Source: Monocercomonoides exilis PA203
Taxonomy: Eukaryota > Protista > Preaxostyla
Reading direction: 5' to 3'
Assembly: GCA_001643675.2 (NCBI GenBank)
Contig: LSRY02000011.1
Span: 1,426,001 to 1,490,000, forward strand
Length of the DNA stretch: 64,000 nt
Shown here: piece by piece, positions 34,250 to 47,889 of the stretch
Layout of the letters: every line of letters starts with the position of its first letter
How positions within the stretch are numbered: the first letter of the stretch is position 1
The notes under the pieces: generated by a model
What the model saw: only the letters and a program-made list of their open reading frames with translations
What the model was told of the DNA's origin: nothing
Database searches by the model: none
Made by a program: the position numbers and the translations under genes

Positions 34250-35650
34250 CTATGTTCACATCCAAAGAGAGACAATTGTTAATCGAACAATTGAAATATG
34301 TTAAAGAATACTCATATCCTTATTCCTCCAATTTTTCAAATAAGTGTCTCTTCAGCGCATTCCACTTTGTATCGCATTCACATTGTTCTATTTTTTTGTT
34401 CAAGTTTCCCAAAAAATCATCAAAGAACGTCAGGCACGAGTCAGCTATCTCATCAATCAAATTCGACTCATTGATTCCTTCCAAAACAAAATCAATAAAT
34501 CCGCTTTTTATCAGATCTTCATCATTAACATCTCTTTTGCACCCCATTGTTTCAAGAATATCAATGCTCACATTGACAAGGTGAGCATCAAAGTCTTTCA
34601 CCAATCTGCACGCATTCGCAACGCACCCAATCAATTTCGCATATCCATGTTTTCCATTCAACCTCGAATTTTGAAAGAAATCCCAAATTAAATGGATCCA
34701 TTTCTGAATAATACAGATACATTTCATCTCTTCTCCATCTCGTTCGTTTCTCTTTTTCCTCCAATCCACTGACTTTGTGATTTCTTCCAACTCCTTCATT
34801 GCTTCTCCAGGAAAGTGCAGCTGTTCTGAAATCTCTTGTTCCAATCCTTTGTCTCTTTCAAAGCCCTTCATCAAAATTTTCCAAGCAGGTTGATAGGCAA
34901 GATGTGAAAGGTTGTGATATTGTTGATGATATATGACTATTTCAGAGACTTCCTTCAAATACTGTTTTCTTTTAACTTCCTTTTTGTTCAAATAAAATCC
35001 AATAATCAGAGTGAAAATATTCAAGATCATACCTTCGAAATATCAACATTACTCAAGGCAAGAAAAGCCATTTCCACTTCTTTTTGCTCTTCTTTGCTTT
35101 CTTACTTGTTCGTGGATACATTCAGAAGGCAAGGCACACAAATCGACAATAATTCTTCTGGTGTTATTTCGAAGTTGCAATGCAGGCAAAAATAGCATTC
35201 ACTAACATCAATGAGTGCCTATTTTCTGTCACTCCATTCTTTTTTTCCTTATCAATTATCATTGCTTTGATTCTTCTGCACATCAACGAATCGTCAAAAC
35301 TTCTGAACCAAGAACCAGCCAATATTTTGCAATATCCAGCATGCTTTAATAATGAAATTGTATTTTCGTCTGACAACTTCATTTCTTCGTTCATTTTTTC
35401 AATTTCGAAGAATGCATTTGAATCAAAGATTAATTCCATTTCATTTTAATCCATTTTTTCCATCAATTCATTCAATTCCTCAATTTTCTGTTTTTGCATA
35501 AAAGGAAGACAACTTTTCAGTTCAGAAATCATTTCTTTATTTCAATATCGAAATAAATCTAAATCTCTCATTTTTAAAAAAGTTTTTCAAACTTTCAAAC
35601 ATTTCATTCCGAAGAATCTCCTGGTTTCTATCTCCAACTGCACTCATTAT
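34250..35650 (-). pseudogene. Frameshifted member of a lineage-expanded helical protein family (…KEVEMA(F/L)LALS…YLKE.SEI..YHQ..HNL..LAYQ.AW…)
   Basis: Collinear ORF pieces at 35164-35439 and 34320-35030, with the intervening SICVPCLL..KEVEMAFLALS segment in another frame. The motif pattern is recognised from oxymonad expanded hypothetical proteins (from memory, not searched). Confidence 0.7.
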
Positions 35651-35723
35651 TATTGTTATCTCAATTTTAAATGTGAATGCTATTACGACTCAGGTTGGTT
35701 GTTTATAAGAATATAAAAACGTG

Positions 35724-36730
35724 GGGCTATAAATTTATCTTGACCTTTTTTCTTTATCTAGACATTTTTCTTTTTTGCCACGCTTTTAGCTTTGCACAAG
35801 CCTATGACATATAAAAAATAACCAAAAATGTTTGAAATGTTTTTATTTCCTAATTCTGTATTTTTTTCAATATTTCAAGTTTATACAAAAAGATCGAGGA
35901 TAATAATTATTTTATGTTTTGATCATTGACTTGCTGCTTTTCCAGCAAATATTTTTTATTAAAAGTTTAATGCTTTTATGTCATAATACATCGTTTCTTT
36001 TTTATTTGTTTTAGTTGTTTAAAACTTTCCCAACTTGTTTTTTTTACTCTTTTTCTCATTTCACACATTTTTCAAAAAAACATGATTTACAAAATAAATG
36101 AACTTTTGTTTTAAAATTCTTTGAAACGAAATAGAAACAAATTTGTTATGAAATGATATCTTAAAGAAAAACAACTAAACATTTGTATTTGACGAACAAC
36201 TTTCAAATCAAAATTTTTAAATGTTCCACCATTTCGCTTTAAATTCTTGTTCAATTCTTTTTCATTTCAAAATTAAACAAAAATTTACAATTAATAACAC
36301 CTTGTTTTTATTTTTTATGTTCTTAAAAATTAACACAAATTCATATTTGTTCCGAAAATAGTGTCCAAAGCAAAAACAGTGAAATGAGAAAAAAAGGTTA
36401 AAAATTTCATTGAAAAAGTAAAAAACAAGTTAAAATAATAATATAGGAATGAAGAATTGTGATACTGTGGCTTTAAACGTTCATCATGAAATATTCGCTT
36501 CACAGCCAGCAAGTTTTTGATCTGGGTCCTAAAAGAATATAAAATTTTCATTGTCTTTTTGAACACAATAATTTCAAAAAATTTTAACAGAATTCTGAAA
36601 AACAAAAATATCAGAAAGTCTGTTTATTTTGTTTTTGCTTTTAGCCTTTTCACAAATCAAAAAAGCAAATTAAAGTTTCAAAAAAACAGGGTTGAGATAA
36701 AATTTTGAGGTCAAGATAAAATATGCACCC
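35724..36730. mobile_element. Putative non-autonomous DNA element of about 1 kb with GGG..TTTATCTTGACCT inverted ends
   Basis: The 13-bp core TTTATCTTGACCT (35734-35746) matches its reverse complement AGGTCAAGATAAA (36708-36720), equally spaced from terminal GGG/CCC. The interior is AT-rich and non-coding. No TSD is seen. Confidence 0.45.
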
Positions 36731-37024
36731 TATTTTGTTTCTGACTAATTGAAAAGATAATAATTCGTTGTTCAATTGAATATGATGCAAGTTCTTAATG
36801 ATTGCATTTGAAATTCGAACCTAATTCAATCAACTCTTTTTGTATTTAAATTCAAAAGAAATGCTTTTTTCTTTTTGTCAAATCTTTTATAAACAAATGA
36901 TCCAAAAACGTTATTAAAGTTATTGGACATATTTTTTTGTTTGGAATATTTTATCAAAAAGTTTCATAAATAACAGAATTGAACCTTTGGTATTTTGCTT
37001 GTTATTTTTTCATCGCTGTCAGCA

Positions 37025-37099
37025 AAAAAGAAAAAGAAAAAGAAAAAGAAAAAGAAAAAGAAAAAGAAAAGAAAAGATAAGATAAGATAAGATAAAAAA
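37025..37099. repeat. (GAAAAA)n changing to (GATAA)n microsatellite
   Basis: Direct read. Confidence 0.85.
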
Positions 37100-37619
37100 T
37101 ATTCTGAAGTTTATTATCGATTGTGATTATTACAAATTTTTCATAACTGCACATATATTTCTTTTGATTTCGTTTTATAAACATCATTCTGAAATGAAAA
37201 AAAGATTTATATTTATTTTTTGGATTATCAAGTTTTCTTTGCATTTCGATGTTTTATGAATTTTCAATATTAATTGAAGCTAATTATCTTCACTGCAAAA
37301 TAATTTCGTTTTTTGTTCATTTTTCAAATGATTATTGAACAATTTAAATTACCCTTAAATTTTATTTTTATCCGTTTCCAAATTAATAGTAAAAATTATT
37401 TGGCATATTTATTGTTAAAGAACATGGGCACAAAAGACAGAGTGAAAGTATAAAATGTACATATAAACACATAGTGCAAATTACACAATATCCTTTATTT
37501 TAGATTGCTATTGAATATGCAAATAGTTTGCGTATTATTGGACAACTGCGGAAAAAAAAGCGCACCAATTTAAGCTTTTTCGGTCTGAATCAAAAAATTT
37601 GAGTTATTTAAATATTGTT

Positions 37620-40041
37620 ATGAAATTATCAGAGGCAATGAAGCTTCCAATTGATCAACTCGGAGTTGGAGTCGGAATGGTGTCTTATTTCGCACTAATG
37701 GTATATAATGCTATTTTTCTGATTTTGCTAACATAGCATTGCATTTTTTTTTTATTGCACCATTTGCATTGATTGTAGAAATACATGGCCATTATTTTTT
37801 CATTTATGAGCATTACAGCCATTGCTTCTTGCATTCTTTATGCTTGCTTTACAAAATTTGAAGGTGGCTTTACAAACTTTTTTGTTTGGATTTCTATGGG
37901 AAATCTAGTTAAAGCAAGTTGGGATGGCGATCCTCATCTTATGTTATTTTAGTTTGAGAAATTAATTTTCTTTCATTTGTTAATTCACATTTAATATAGT
38001 TTTGCACTTATTCCAGAGCTTTTGTCTTGCATCATATTTTATGTTGGATTTTCAAAAATGAAATCTGACCTGAACAAAGTGAAAGTTAATACCGATAACA
38101 AGGTCATGTCCGTGGGGGATTATGGATTGCTTGTGCAAGGAGTCCCAAAGGATATTCATGATGCAAAGGAAGTTGCGACCCATTTTAGTCAATTTGGATC
38201 GGTTCATTCAGTATTGCTTGTATACGACGTGAGAGATTGGGGAAAGAATCAAGAAAAATTAGATGAAGCTCTTCAGAAAGTATGCAATGGAAATAAACAA
38301 AAATTTTTATAATTTAATTAAACTTTGCATTCACGTTTTCAACTATTTGCGTTTTCAACAACGTTTTTTAAAAACACATTTCCTGTCATGTTTTGCAATT
38401 GCTTGTTAATCAGTACCACATTCTTTCTGGGCCTGAAGAAACAAACGTACGCTCATATCAGCGTTTCAGCTCGTTTTGGCTGAGCCAACAAGAACGAGTG
38501 GTTTCTATTCCCGCAGACCCAAACGATGACGATGACAACTTTATCATAAAGCTTCTTCGATACTTCGGATTGAAAAAGGATAAAAGTGTGAATAATTGGC
38601 AATCAGTGATCTTTCTTTATGAATAAGTGACTTTGTTGCTTTATTTATTTTCTTTCTTTCTTTCTTTCTTTTCTCCCACCATGTCCATTTTTGATTCACA
38701 TTTATGCTTAATCCTTTTTGATGTTCTCTATTCTTTTTCCTTTTTTTCCTAATTCAACAGTCTACTTTGAGAATCAGATAAATAAGCTGTTTGAAGAAAG
38801 ACTGGCTCTGGAGGACTCGAGCAAGAAGAAGACAACAGGAATTGCCCTTGTCTTGTTTGACCTCGCAGAAGACGCCAAAAACTGCGCTGTGCTGTTTTCA
38901 AAGCAGTTGGATGTCAACTGTTTTGGAGTTGATGTCGATTTGCCGGAAAATATGTGTGTTGAAGTTATTGGTTTTATTTTTATTTTATTTTATTCTATTT
39001 ATTTATTTATTTATTTTACCTTATTTATTCACCTTTTTTTTCCCACTTTGTTTATTTTCTCTTTTCCCTTCGCATATCTCTCTTTTTTTCACAACTCATT
39101 CAAATAATTCAAACACACTCACAATTCCTTCCAGGCGCATACACGAAAAGATCATTCATGTAAAGCCAGCTGTCGAGCCGGACGATATTCTCTTCTCCAA
39201 TTTGGGATACACTCGAAAGAGCAGAACATGGAGGACTATCTTCATGGACTCTATTTCAGTGGTGTGTACACTCGAAATTTTTATTTATGTTGTCAAGACG
39301 ATTATATTTTATTTTATTTTATTTATTTTATTTTTCTGACAATAAAATCATTCCGATTTTTATCGTTCATTTTTAAAAATATAAACCCTGTATATCTTCA
39401 AAACACCCAGCTTATTGTAATTGTGGGTGCCGGCATCACATACGCAGTCAACCTCTTCAAAGAGTCCAGCAACAGCACCATTCTCACGCTGGGCTCGTCT
39501 CTCATAGTAACCATCCTCTCCACCATCATCTGCATGGTGGTGAAGAAGCTGACCCCCTTCACAAAGCCAATGACGTCAACAGTCGCTGTCTCTTCCTCTG
39601 TCTTCCGCATCTGGTTTGCCGACTTCCTCTTGGGAACATTCATCACATACCTCATCTCTGCCGTGTCTCAACAGCGTGTCCTGTACAACCCAAGCGACCC
39701 TGCCACGGAAACCGCATATTACATGTCGTATGAGTGGTTTGTCGAGGTTGGCACAGGGCTTGTCTCAAACATTGCTGTGGATGTGATCAAAGTGTCATTG
39801 CTGCAGGGCACACAGATTGTGGACAGGTTGATGAGACTGCCGTATTTCCTGTTCTCCACCCATCTCCACCAGCACGAGGTGAATATCGGATACGAGCCGC
39901 CGGAATGGCCACTCGAAATTAGAATGGCACATTTCGTCAAGACGGTGCTGTCGGGGCTGATGGTGTCGTCGTTCATGCCGGTCATATGCCCTGTGCTGGG
40001 TGTGTTTTTGTTGAAGAAAGAAAGAAAGAAAGAAAAAATTC

Positions 40042-40082
<41 letters not shown>

Positions 40083-42634
40083 GAATTATTGATTATTTTT
40101 GAATGTTTTCATGCACTTTATTTCTTTCTCTTAATATCTTTTTCAATATTTGACTTCTTTTAATTGAAACTTCTTTCTAATTTTCTAAATTTTTTCCTCC
40201 CTCTCCACAAAATAACTATCATTCACATTGTTTCTTATTCTCACCAGCTATCTACTTCATCCTGCAGTACTTCGTGGACAAGTGGAACCTGATCTCCTAC
40301 TACAAAGTGCCTGCGTCATACACCCACGACGTGATCTCTTCAGTCGTCGAGAACATCCGCCTGGGCTTCCACCTGCACTGCCTGACGATGATCCTGTGCA
40401 ACGTGTTCACCATCTACATCAACAACATCGCCGTGGAGGAGTCGTCGATGGCGTATCTGAACGGCTTCGTGATGGGCGGGGCGTACGGCGTGATGCTCAT
40501 CTACCGCCTGGGGAAGCGGCTCATCAGAGGTTGCAAAGACGGCTTCATCAACAAGAGAGAGGTGCACACGAACGACGACATAGACGAGACAGATGGGATG
40601 CCCTTTTCGAAGCTGGATGGAGTGCTGACGTGCTATTTGCATGATCACCCGATGTATGCACAGCCCGTGCAGTGGGATGGGATGTCGCATCCGGAAAGGG
40701 AGGAAGAGGTGCGTCAGATGCAGGCGAGGTGGAAGGAGATGATGGAGAGGGACTTCAGAAAGAGAGGGGAGAGAAGAGGAAGAAGGAGAGGAGGAGGAGG
40801 AGAAGAAGGAGGAGGGTTTGAGGAGGAGATGGAAATGGAAGGAAGGGAAAGAGAAGGAAATGGCAACCGTTTGAAAGCTGATGATGATAAAGGTGGAGTT
40901 CCGACTGTGACGCAAACAGTGGCAAAAGAAGGCGAAACGAAAGATGCTGATGCTGAGGCTAAAGATCTTCCTGCTATGAGTGAAGGAAAGAGTAATGAAG
41001 AAGCACAGGCAAAATTATCAGAAGAACAAGGGAATTTCAGATCTTTGGCTTCTTCGACTGATTTGAGTGAAGCTGACATTGGCAAAGAAAGGAACAATAA
41101 TGAAATGGAGAATAAAGAGAAGAATGGAAACTCAGATTTTGCAAAGCAAGAAGGGAAAGGAACAAAAGAAGGAACAAAAGAAGGTGCAGAAGGAGAAGGA
41201 GAAGAAGGAGAGCGACTAATCAACTGCAATCCTCCCATCGAGTTCTCCTTCTATTCGTTCTGGGCGAAAGAGGCGCCGTTTCCACGGCTGCCGAAGAAGA
41301 AAGTGCAGATGATACCTTCTTTTAACAGCAAAGAGTGGAACGAGAAGATGGAGCAGTCGCTGCAGAAGGAGATAGAAAGGGCAGCAGAGATGGAGCAGAA
41401 GATGAAGGAGAAGAAGGAGGAGAGGGAGAGGAGGAGGAAGGAGAGGATGGAGAGGAGGATGAGGAGGAATAAAGAGAAAGGAGAAGGAGAAGGAGAAGGA
41501 GAAAGGAAAGATGAGTCAATAAAGTTAAATAAAAATTCTGGTGAAGATGGAGCTAATGTTATTTCATCGAATTCTGAAGCAACGACAAATGATGGGGTTA
41601 TGATGACATCTGAGAAAGAAAGTGATGATAAAATGAATGTTAATGAAAAGAAAGAGAAGAAGCAAGAAAACGATGAAAATGGCAATGATAAAATGAAATC
41701 AATTGCAGAAAAGTCAAATAAAACAACTGAAAGTGTTGCTGATGAAGATGAAGATGAAGATGAAGATTCTATCAAAGAAAAAGAAGAAGAAGAAGAAGAT
41801 GATAACGAAGACTGGGTGAAAGATATGCGGAATATCTATTTGGAGCGCAAAGAGCAGAATAAAGTGAAAGCCAGCGTGTCAAAGATGATGATTGCAATGA
41901 ATTTGTCAGGAGAATCAAAAAGAGACGAAAATGCTGTTGGAGATAAACAAGATAATGAATTCTCTAAATTAGCAGCAGGAACTGGAATACAACTGTTAAA
42001 TGAATATGATGATCAGTTTTCGCAATCTTCTTCGTCATCTTCCTCTTCCTCTTCTTCCTCTTCTTCCTCTTCTTCATCTACTTCATCTTCTTCTTTTCGC
42101 ATTCCTTTAACTTCTCAACACATCACAATCTCTGCAGATTCCACAGAAAATGAATCTTTACGCTTTTCTCCCAGTTCTTCTTCTTCTTCTTCTTCTTCCT
42201 CATCATCTTCTTCCTCAACTAAATCTAATAACCCCTCTTCTTCATCTCTTCTTTCAGCACCTTTCCTCTCTTCCTCAACAACACCTCAGTTTTATCTGCC
42301 CACTCCATCTTTTTCTTCCTCTTCCTCATCAAACAGCTCGCCTTCGCGTGATACTGCTTCTGCTGCTGAAGAGGAAGAAGAAGATGAAGAAAACGCTCCA
42401 TTGCGCAATAAAGAGACAATCCCAAATTCATCACCAGACTCTGCTGAGTCACAGCTGCATACACCTGTTTGCACTTCTTTTGATTCGCAGGCACTTTCTT
42501 CAGCTCAATCGCTGCTGTCTTCTTCGCTAACCACAAATCTTATTGAAGGTGTCAAAAACATAGAGAATATCCCAGTGGATGTGTTTGGGTATGATGTGGC
42601 TGAGCAGATGGGGCATAGATCACCTGTGAATTGA
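37620..42634 (+). CDS. OSCA/TMEM63/CSC1-like (TMC-related) ion channel with a long charged/Ser-rich C-tail, about 8 exons
   Basis: Approximate exons 37620-37700, 37779-37942, 38000-38279, 38414-38585, 38761-38954, 39135-39262, 39411-40000 and 40249-42634. Motifs DYGLLVQGVP, HFSQFGSVHSV, TGIALVLF, VKPAVEPDDILFSNLG and YFVDKWNLISYYKVP, with multiple TM helices. Confidence 0.8.
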
Positions 42635-43136
42635 AGAGTGTATTGAGTGTTATGAATAAACTCAGATAAAAAGATGATATTTTTCTTTCTCTCTTTCTCT
42701 TCCTCTTTCTCTTTCCGATTGAAATTTCATTTGTATTTATCCAGTTATTCTTAATCTTTCATGTGTGAAGCAATAGTCAAATTAAAAACATAAGAAAATA
42801 AAATAAAGTTTGCATTGAAAGGAATTTGCGGATTTGACAAATGCGAACTTGTTCAGTTTTTTAGTTTCATTGATTTTTAGATAATAAATTTATTTTCCTT
42901 TCCTTTCCTTTCCTTTTTCAGTTTTACTAGCAACCAACCAAGAAGTTTTAAATGAGTGATAAAATTATTATTCTCTTTTTTTATTTGTCGCTTTTTCATT
43001 TTGTTTATTCAACTTTTGGGAAACTCATGAAACAGTGAGTGCCAATTAATTTTTGGTTTATTTGCATTATCTATTCATCATGCTTTTCTTTTCGTTAAAT
43101 AATATAAATATATATTATTTATATATTATTTCGAAA

Positions 43137-43167
<31 letters not shown>

Positions 43168-43727
43168 CTTTCTTTTTTCTTTTTTAGAGTTTCAAATGTG
43201 AAGAATTTTTATTTGTCTAACATTTTCCATCATAGCATTTGAATTTAGAAGTTCAAGTTTATCCCGTGCTTCTCTTTGGATAGTATTATAATCTTAATTT
43301 TCTATCTTCGTTTTTTATAATGTTCTTATAAAAAATTGTCAATCATTGTTATTCAGATTTTTGATTTAATTGGATGAATTGTGCTTTGATGTTTTTCTGA
43401 AAACAGCCGAGTAATTGTGTTTTAAAAGATTTTATTCATTTCAAATTAAAATTCTAACTCCTTTATATAATTTTTGTGTTTCGAGAATTATTAGAATAAA
43501 GTGAATAACAACGAAATTGATTTCTTTGAAAAATTTACAAAAATATCCGCATTTTATTTGCAAATTGTTTAAAAAGAAAGAATTAACAATTCAGTGTGCA
43601 AATAAAATCAAAGTATTCATTCAACAATTTCTTTTCATATTATTTATCAAAATAAAAAACCTAAAAAAGTTGATCAGCCGTGATACCATAACAAAAGGCA
43701 TTGTATTTCTTTCGATTTTGTTTTTTT

Positions 43728-46700
43728 ATGGCAAAGAAACGTAATTGGGAAGAAATAGAAGTCATTCCAAGTGTGATTTTTATGGCAATTTGATAAGTGT
43801 TTTTCATCCAATAAACAAATGTTTTTGTCATTGAATACCTTTTAAAACAATTAGAAAGTCTTTATTACGTTGCCCTTTCTTCGACCCCTGAATACAAAGA
43901 AGGAGAGCAATATTTCACAACAGATTCAAAACTTGTTTATCGGCCTTATGCATCAGACTTTGGTCCTTTGAATTTGTCTTGTGTTTATCGTTTTTGTGTT
44001 TTAGTTAACCAATTAGTGAAGGTTTGAAATTGTTTATTTTTAAAAATAATAACACTGTAACAAAAATATACTCTAAAAGGATTCTGAAACATCTGGAACG
44101 AAGTTTGTGTATTACAGCAGCACTGAATCACATAAAAAAGCAAATTCAATTTTTCTGTTGACTTCTTACATGGTGCTTTACATGGGACTTACTCCAGAGC
44201 AAGCATTTTTAAAGTTTTCGAAAATAACTTCTTCTTTACCATTTTTTCGCGATGCAGCATCCGGCCCTTCAACAATGGATCTATCAATCGTGGATTGTTT
44301 ACATGGATTACTTAAAGCTAAAAAGAATTCATATTTTGATTTTCAATTTTTTGATTTTCAATCGTATGAGTGTTATCTTTTTTTCCCTATTCTTTTATTC
44401 TTGCCTTTTAAATTGTTTTTTCCCTCATTCTTTGATGAAAATATTTGGCACCTTTTCACATAAGATATGAATACTATGAAAAAGTGGAAAATGGAGAAAT
44501 AAGCTGGATTGTGCCACAAAAGATAATTGCCTTTTGCTCTCCGACACATTCTGATATCATTACTCCCTTTGGGTGTATTTCTCGCTGTGCAGAGTTTTAT
44601 ATACCCCTCTTCACTAAGTGGGGAGTGAAGGCAGTGGTCAGACTGAACAACAAACTTTACGACAGAGAGCTCTTCACGCGCGCAGGAATCCGACACTTCG
44701 ACTTATATTTCGATGATGGGTCTGTTCCCTCAGAGCAGATTGTGTGCAGGTTCCTGGCGATCATTGAGGTGCAGCAGGAGATGGGGAGTCTGGACAGGAA
44801 AGAAGAGGGGAAAAAAGACTCCTCCTGGGCAGACAAGGCAGAAGGCGACGAGAAAGGCAAAACAGCAAATGATAGCGAGGCGGGTGTCAATAACACTATT
44901 AATGGTAGCAATAACAGTAACAGCACCTTCGGGCGAGCAGTGGCAGTACACTGCAAAGCCGGTCTGGGGCGCACGGGGACGCTGATTGGGTGCCATTTGA
45001 TGCGCAGTGCGAACTTCACAGCACGAGAAGCGATTGCGTGGATCAGGATCTGCCGGCCGGGCTCTGTTGTGGGCGAGCAGCAGCGGTTTTTGTGTGAAAT
45101 GGAGCACAAACTGAAGAAAGGAGGGGAGCTGGACATGGCAATCAGCAGAGAGAAGGAGAAAGAGCGGAGAAGAGAAATCGAGTTTGAGCGGGCGTGGCTG
45201 GAGAGGAGGAAGAAGCTGGCTGCGATGGTTCCGCAGGCATCGCAGGCAGCACCGATCAAGAGAGGGTTTTCTGTTTCTTTGACTTCGAGAAAGGGAAGGT
45301 CTGTTTCGACTGGGAGAATAACATCATCATCATCCTTCTCTTCCTCTTCCTCCTCCTCCTCCTCACATTTATCATCACGTGCTGCTTCTAACCGTCCTTC
45401 TTCTGCTTCAAGGCCAACTACTCCACGAATCCCGCTCACAGCTCGTTCCACATCTTCCATGTCTTCTTCTTCTTCTTCTTCTTCTCGATTGACTTCTCGT
45501 TCCACTTCTTCTTCACAGAGATCTCCATCGAATGGCTCAATCACCCCTCGTTCTTTGTCAAGGGCTTCTTCTTCTTCATATTCTACACCAACCAGAAGAG
45601 CATCTTCCACATCTCGTATTTCCTCTCCTTCATACAGCCGATCCGCAATCAATTCATCTTCATCATCATCATCTTCTTCTTCTTCACCATATTCTTCTTC
45701 TTCTTCTCGTTCTCGTTCTCGCACATCTGCTTATTCTACTTTCCTGTCAACTCCTCCAAAATCACTTTCCATCCGCTCAATCACTCCTCCCCCTGCTGCT
45801 CGTTCTTCTCCTTCTTCTTCTTCTTCTTCCACTTCACAACACATTCGCTCCATTCCTCAATCATCATCCAATTCATCACCATCGTCTTCATTACCTTCTT
45901 CTTCTTCCTCTTCTTCTAATTCCACTCCAAATTCCAATAGAATCCCTCCTCATTCGTCTGACATTTACACCCCAACACCTTCCACACCTCAGTCACTTCC
46001 TGCCCTCTCTCTCATTTCATCCATTCAGAAACAGAAGCTCCAATCATCGTCATCTTCTTCTTCTTCTTCTGCATTATCATCAATAACAGCATCTTCTTCT
46101 TCTTCTTCTTTGAATTCTTCTTCTTCTTCTTCCTCTTCCTCTTCAAATGCTAATACTGTACCAATTTCTTCTGTAAACTCAAGACCTTCATTGCAAACAA
46201 AGACACAACTCAACATTCCTCGCTCTTCAACAATCTCTTCTAATACATCTTCGCCTTTATCTGCTCGCTCTATTTCATCATCGTCATCTTCTTCTTCTTC
46301 TCCCACATCATCTTCATCATCATCTTCACCATCATCTTCACCACCACCATCTTCTTCTTCCACAAAAATCTCTTCCTTGCCTCTTTCTTCAATCACCCCC
46401 TCTTCTTCCTCTTCAATCACACCCTCTTCTTCTTCTTCTTCCTCTTCCTCTTCCTCTTCTTCTTCTTCATCCACTCCTCCTCGTCCCTTCGAGTCTCTCT
46501 CTGCCAGAGGCGCCAGAACCGACCGCAGCACATCCAGCGAGCGCTCAGCCAAAAGCGAAGTGTACAAACAGCTGAGAGGAAGGATGATGGGTTCTCAAAC
46601 AACAACAACAACAACTTCTTCTTCTTCTTCTTCTTCAACATCAATGAATATGAACAAGAATACAAGTACTTCTAATTCTCATTCCAATTCCAATTCTAAT

Positions 46701-47225
46701 TTCAATGCCAGCATTCCATCTTCTGTCGCATCCTCCCCTCGCCCACCCACCCCCACAAGAGATGTCACACTCAGAAACAGACCATCCACTCCGCCTGTGA
46801 GTGCCAGGCAGCACAACCCTCTCTCTTCTCCTCAGAGCACATCAAGATCAACTGGAGCTATAGGAATAACAGGAATGACAGGAGCAATGGGAACAATGGG
46901 AACAAAGCCGTTGCGTGAGCGGAGCACCAGCAGAGAAAGAGAGGGCAGACATTTGCCTCGTCCTCCAACTCCTCCCAGTGCGAAAAGTTCTTCTGGATTC
47001 TCAGTGACTTCACGGCTTTCCTCGAACAAGCAAGCTGCTGGTTCGGTTCCTCGCTCTCCTGGGGCTTCTCGTGGATCTTCTATTCCTCAAACAATTTATC
47101 GACAGATTTCTACTCCTCCTTCTCCTTACTCACCAGCTCATATTACGAGATCTGTTACACCAAATTCTAGATCTCGAAGATCTTCTCCACTAACTTCATC
47201 AAATAGGCTTCCATTTAGATCGTAG
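43728..47225 (+). CDS. CDC14: Cdc14 dual-specificity phosphatase with a long Ser-rich C-terminal tail, 4 exons
   Basis: Exons 43728-43770, 43855-44021, 44080-44369 and 44465-47225. Motifs YASDFGPLNL, KKANSIFL, FRDAASG, VENGEISWIVP, VVRLNNKLYD, FDDGSVP, HCKAGLGRTGT and RICRPGSVVGEQQ. Confidence 0.95.
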
Positions 47226-47471
47226 TTAATTGTATTTTCATTCATTCATTATATAAATGTATGTGTTATGTTTGATCTATGTATTTTTTTAAATGAATGA
47301 TTGATTTGGAAATTACCCATAAATTGTAATAATGCCAAGCCAAGTGTGACGAAATTTTTGTTTTCAATATCTATTCATAATATTCTTTTACAAATATAAT
47401 GTCTTTGATGTAACTATGAAATTATTTTATTTATTATGATGAAAATGAAATTTACGTGTCATTTTTAATTA

Positions 47472-47788
47472 ATGACTTTCAAAGAGAGATATCAAAGTAA
47501 AAAACGAACAATTTAGCAAAAAAGGAAAAGCTGATCCAGAAAAGAAGAAGAAGAAGAATGGAGGGTTGTCAGTTGGTGTGTCTCATGATTTCTCGGAATT
47601 TAAATATTGAATTTTAATTGCTATATTTTAATGAATATCAGGACCTGTTGTTGTTATTTTCTTCCTTGTAGTAGTTGGAGGATCGGGTTTGATTTTGTTA
47701 TTTTATTTTTATAAAAAGCTTTATTATTTTGACTTGTTAATTTTATATAACAGCTCTTATTGACGTTGTTCGATCAATGCTTCACTAA
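47472..47788 (+). CDS. SERP1/RAMP4 tail-anchored ER translocon-associated protein, 3 exons (absent from the ORF track)
   Basis: Spliced product (MT)SKRDIKVKNEQFSKKGKADPEKKKKKNGGLSV-GPVVVIFFLVVVGGS-ALIDVVRSMLH*, with introns at 47576-47641 and 47687-47753. It matches the RAMP4 pattern NE.FSK..VGP..F..VV.GSA. The start has a 1-nt frame problem. Confidence 0.85.
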
Positions 47789-47889
47789 GCCAAATGCGTG
47801 TTTAACTTGCAATATATCGGGAAATAATACATGTCATTCACTTGACTGTTCATCTTTAATTCTGAGTTTACTGCACCGATTTTGAAATC

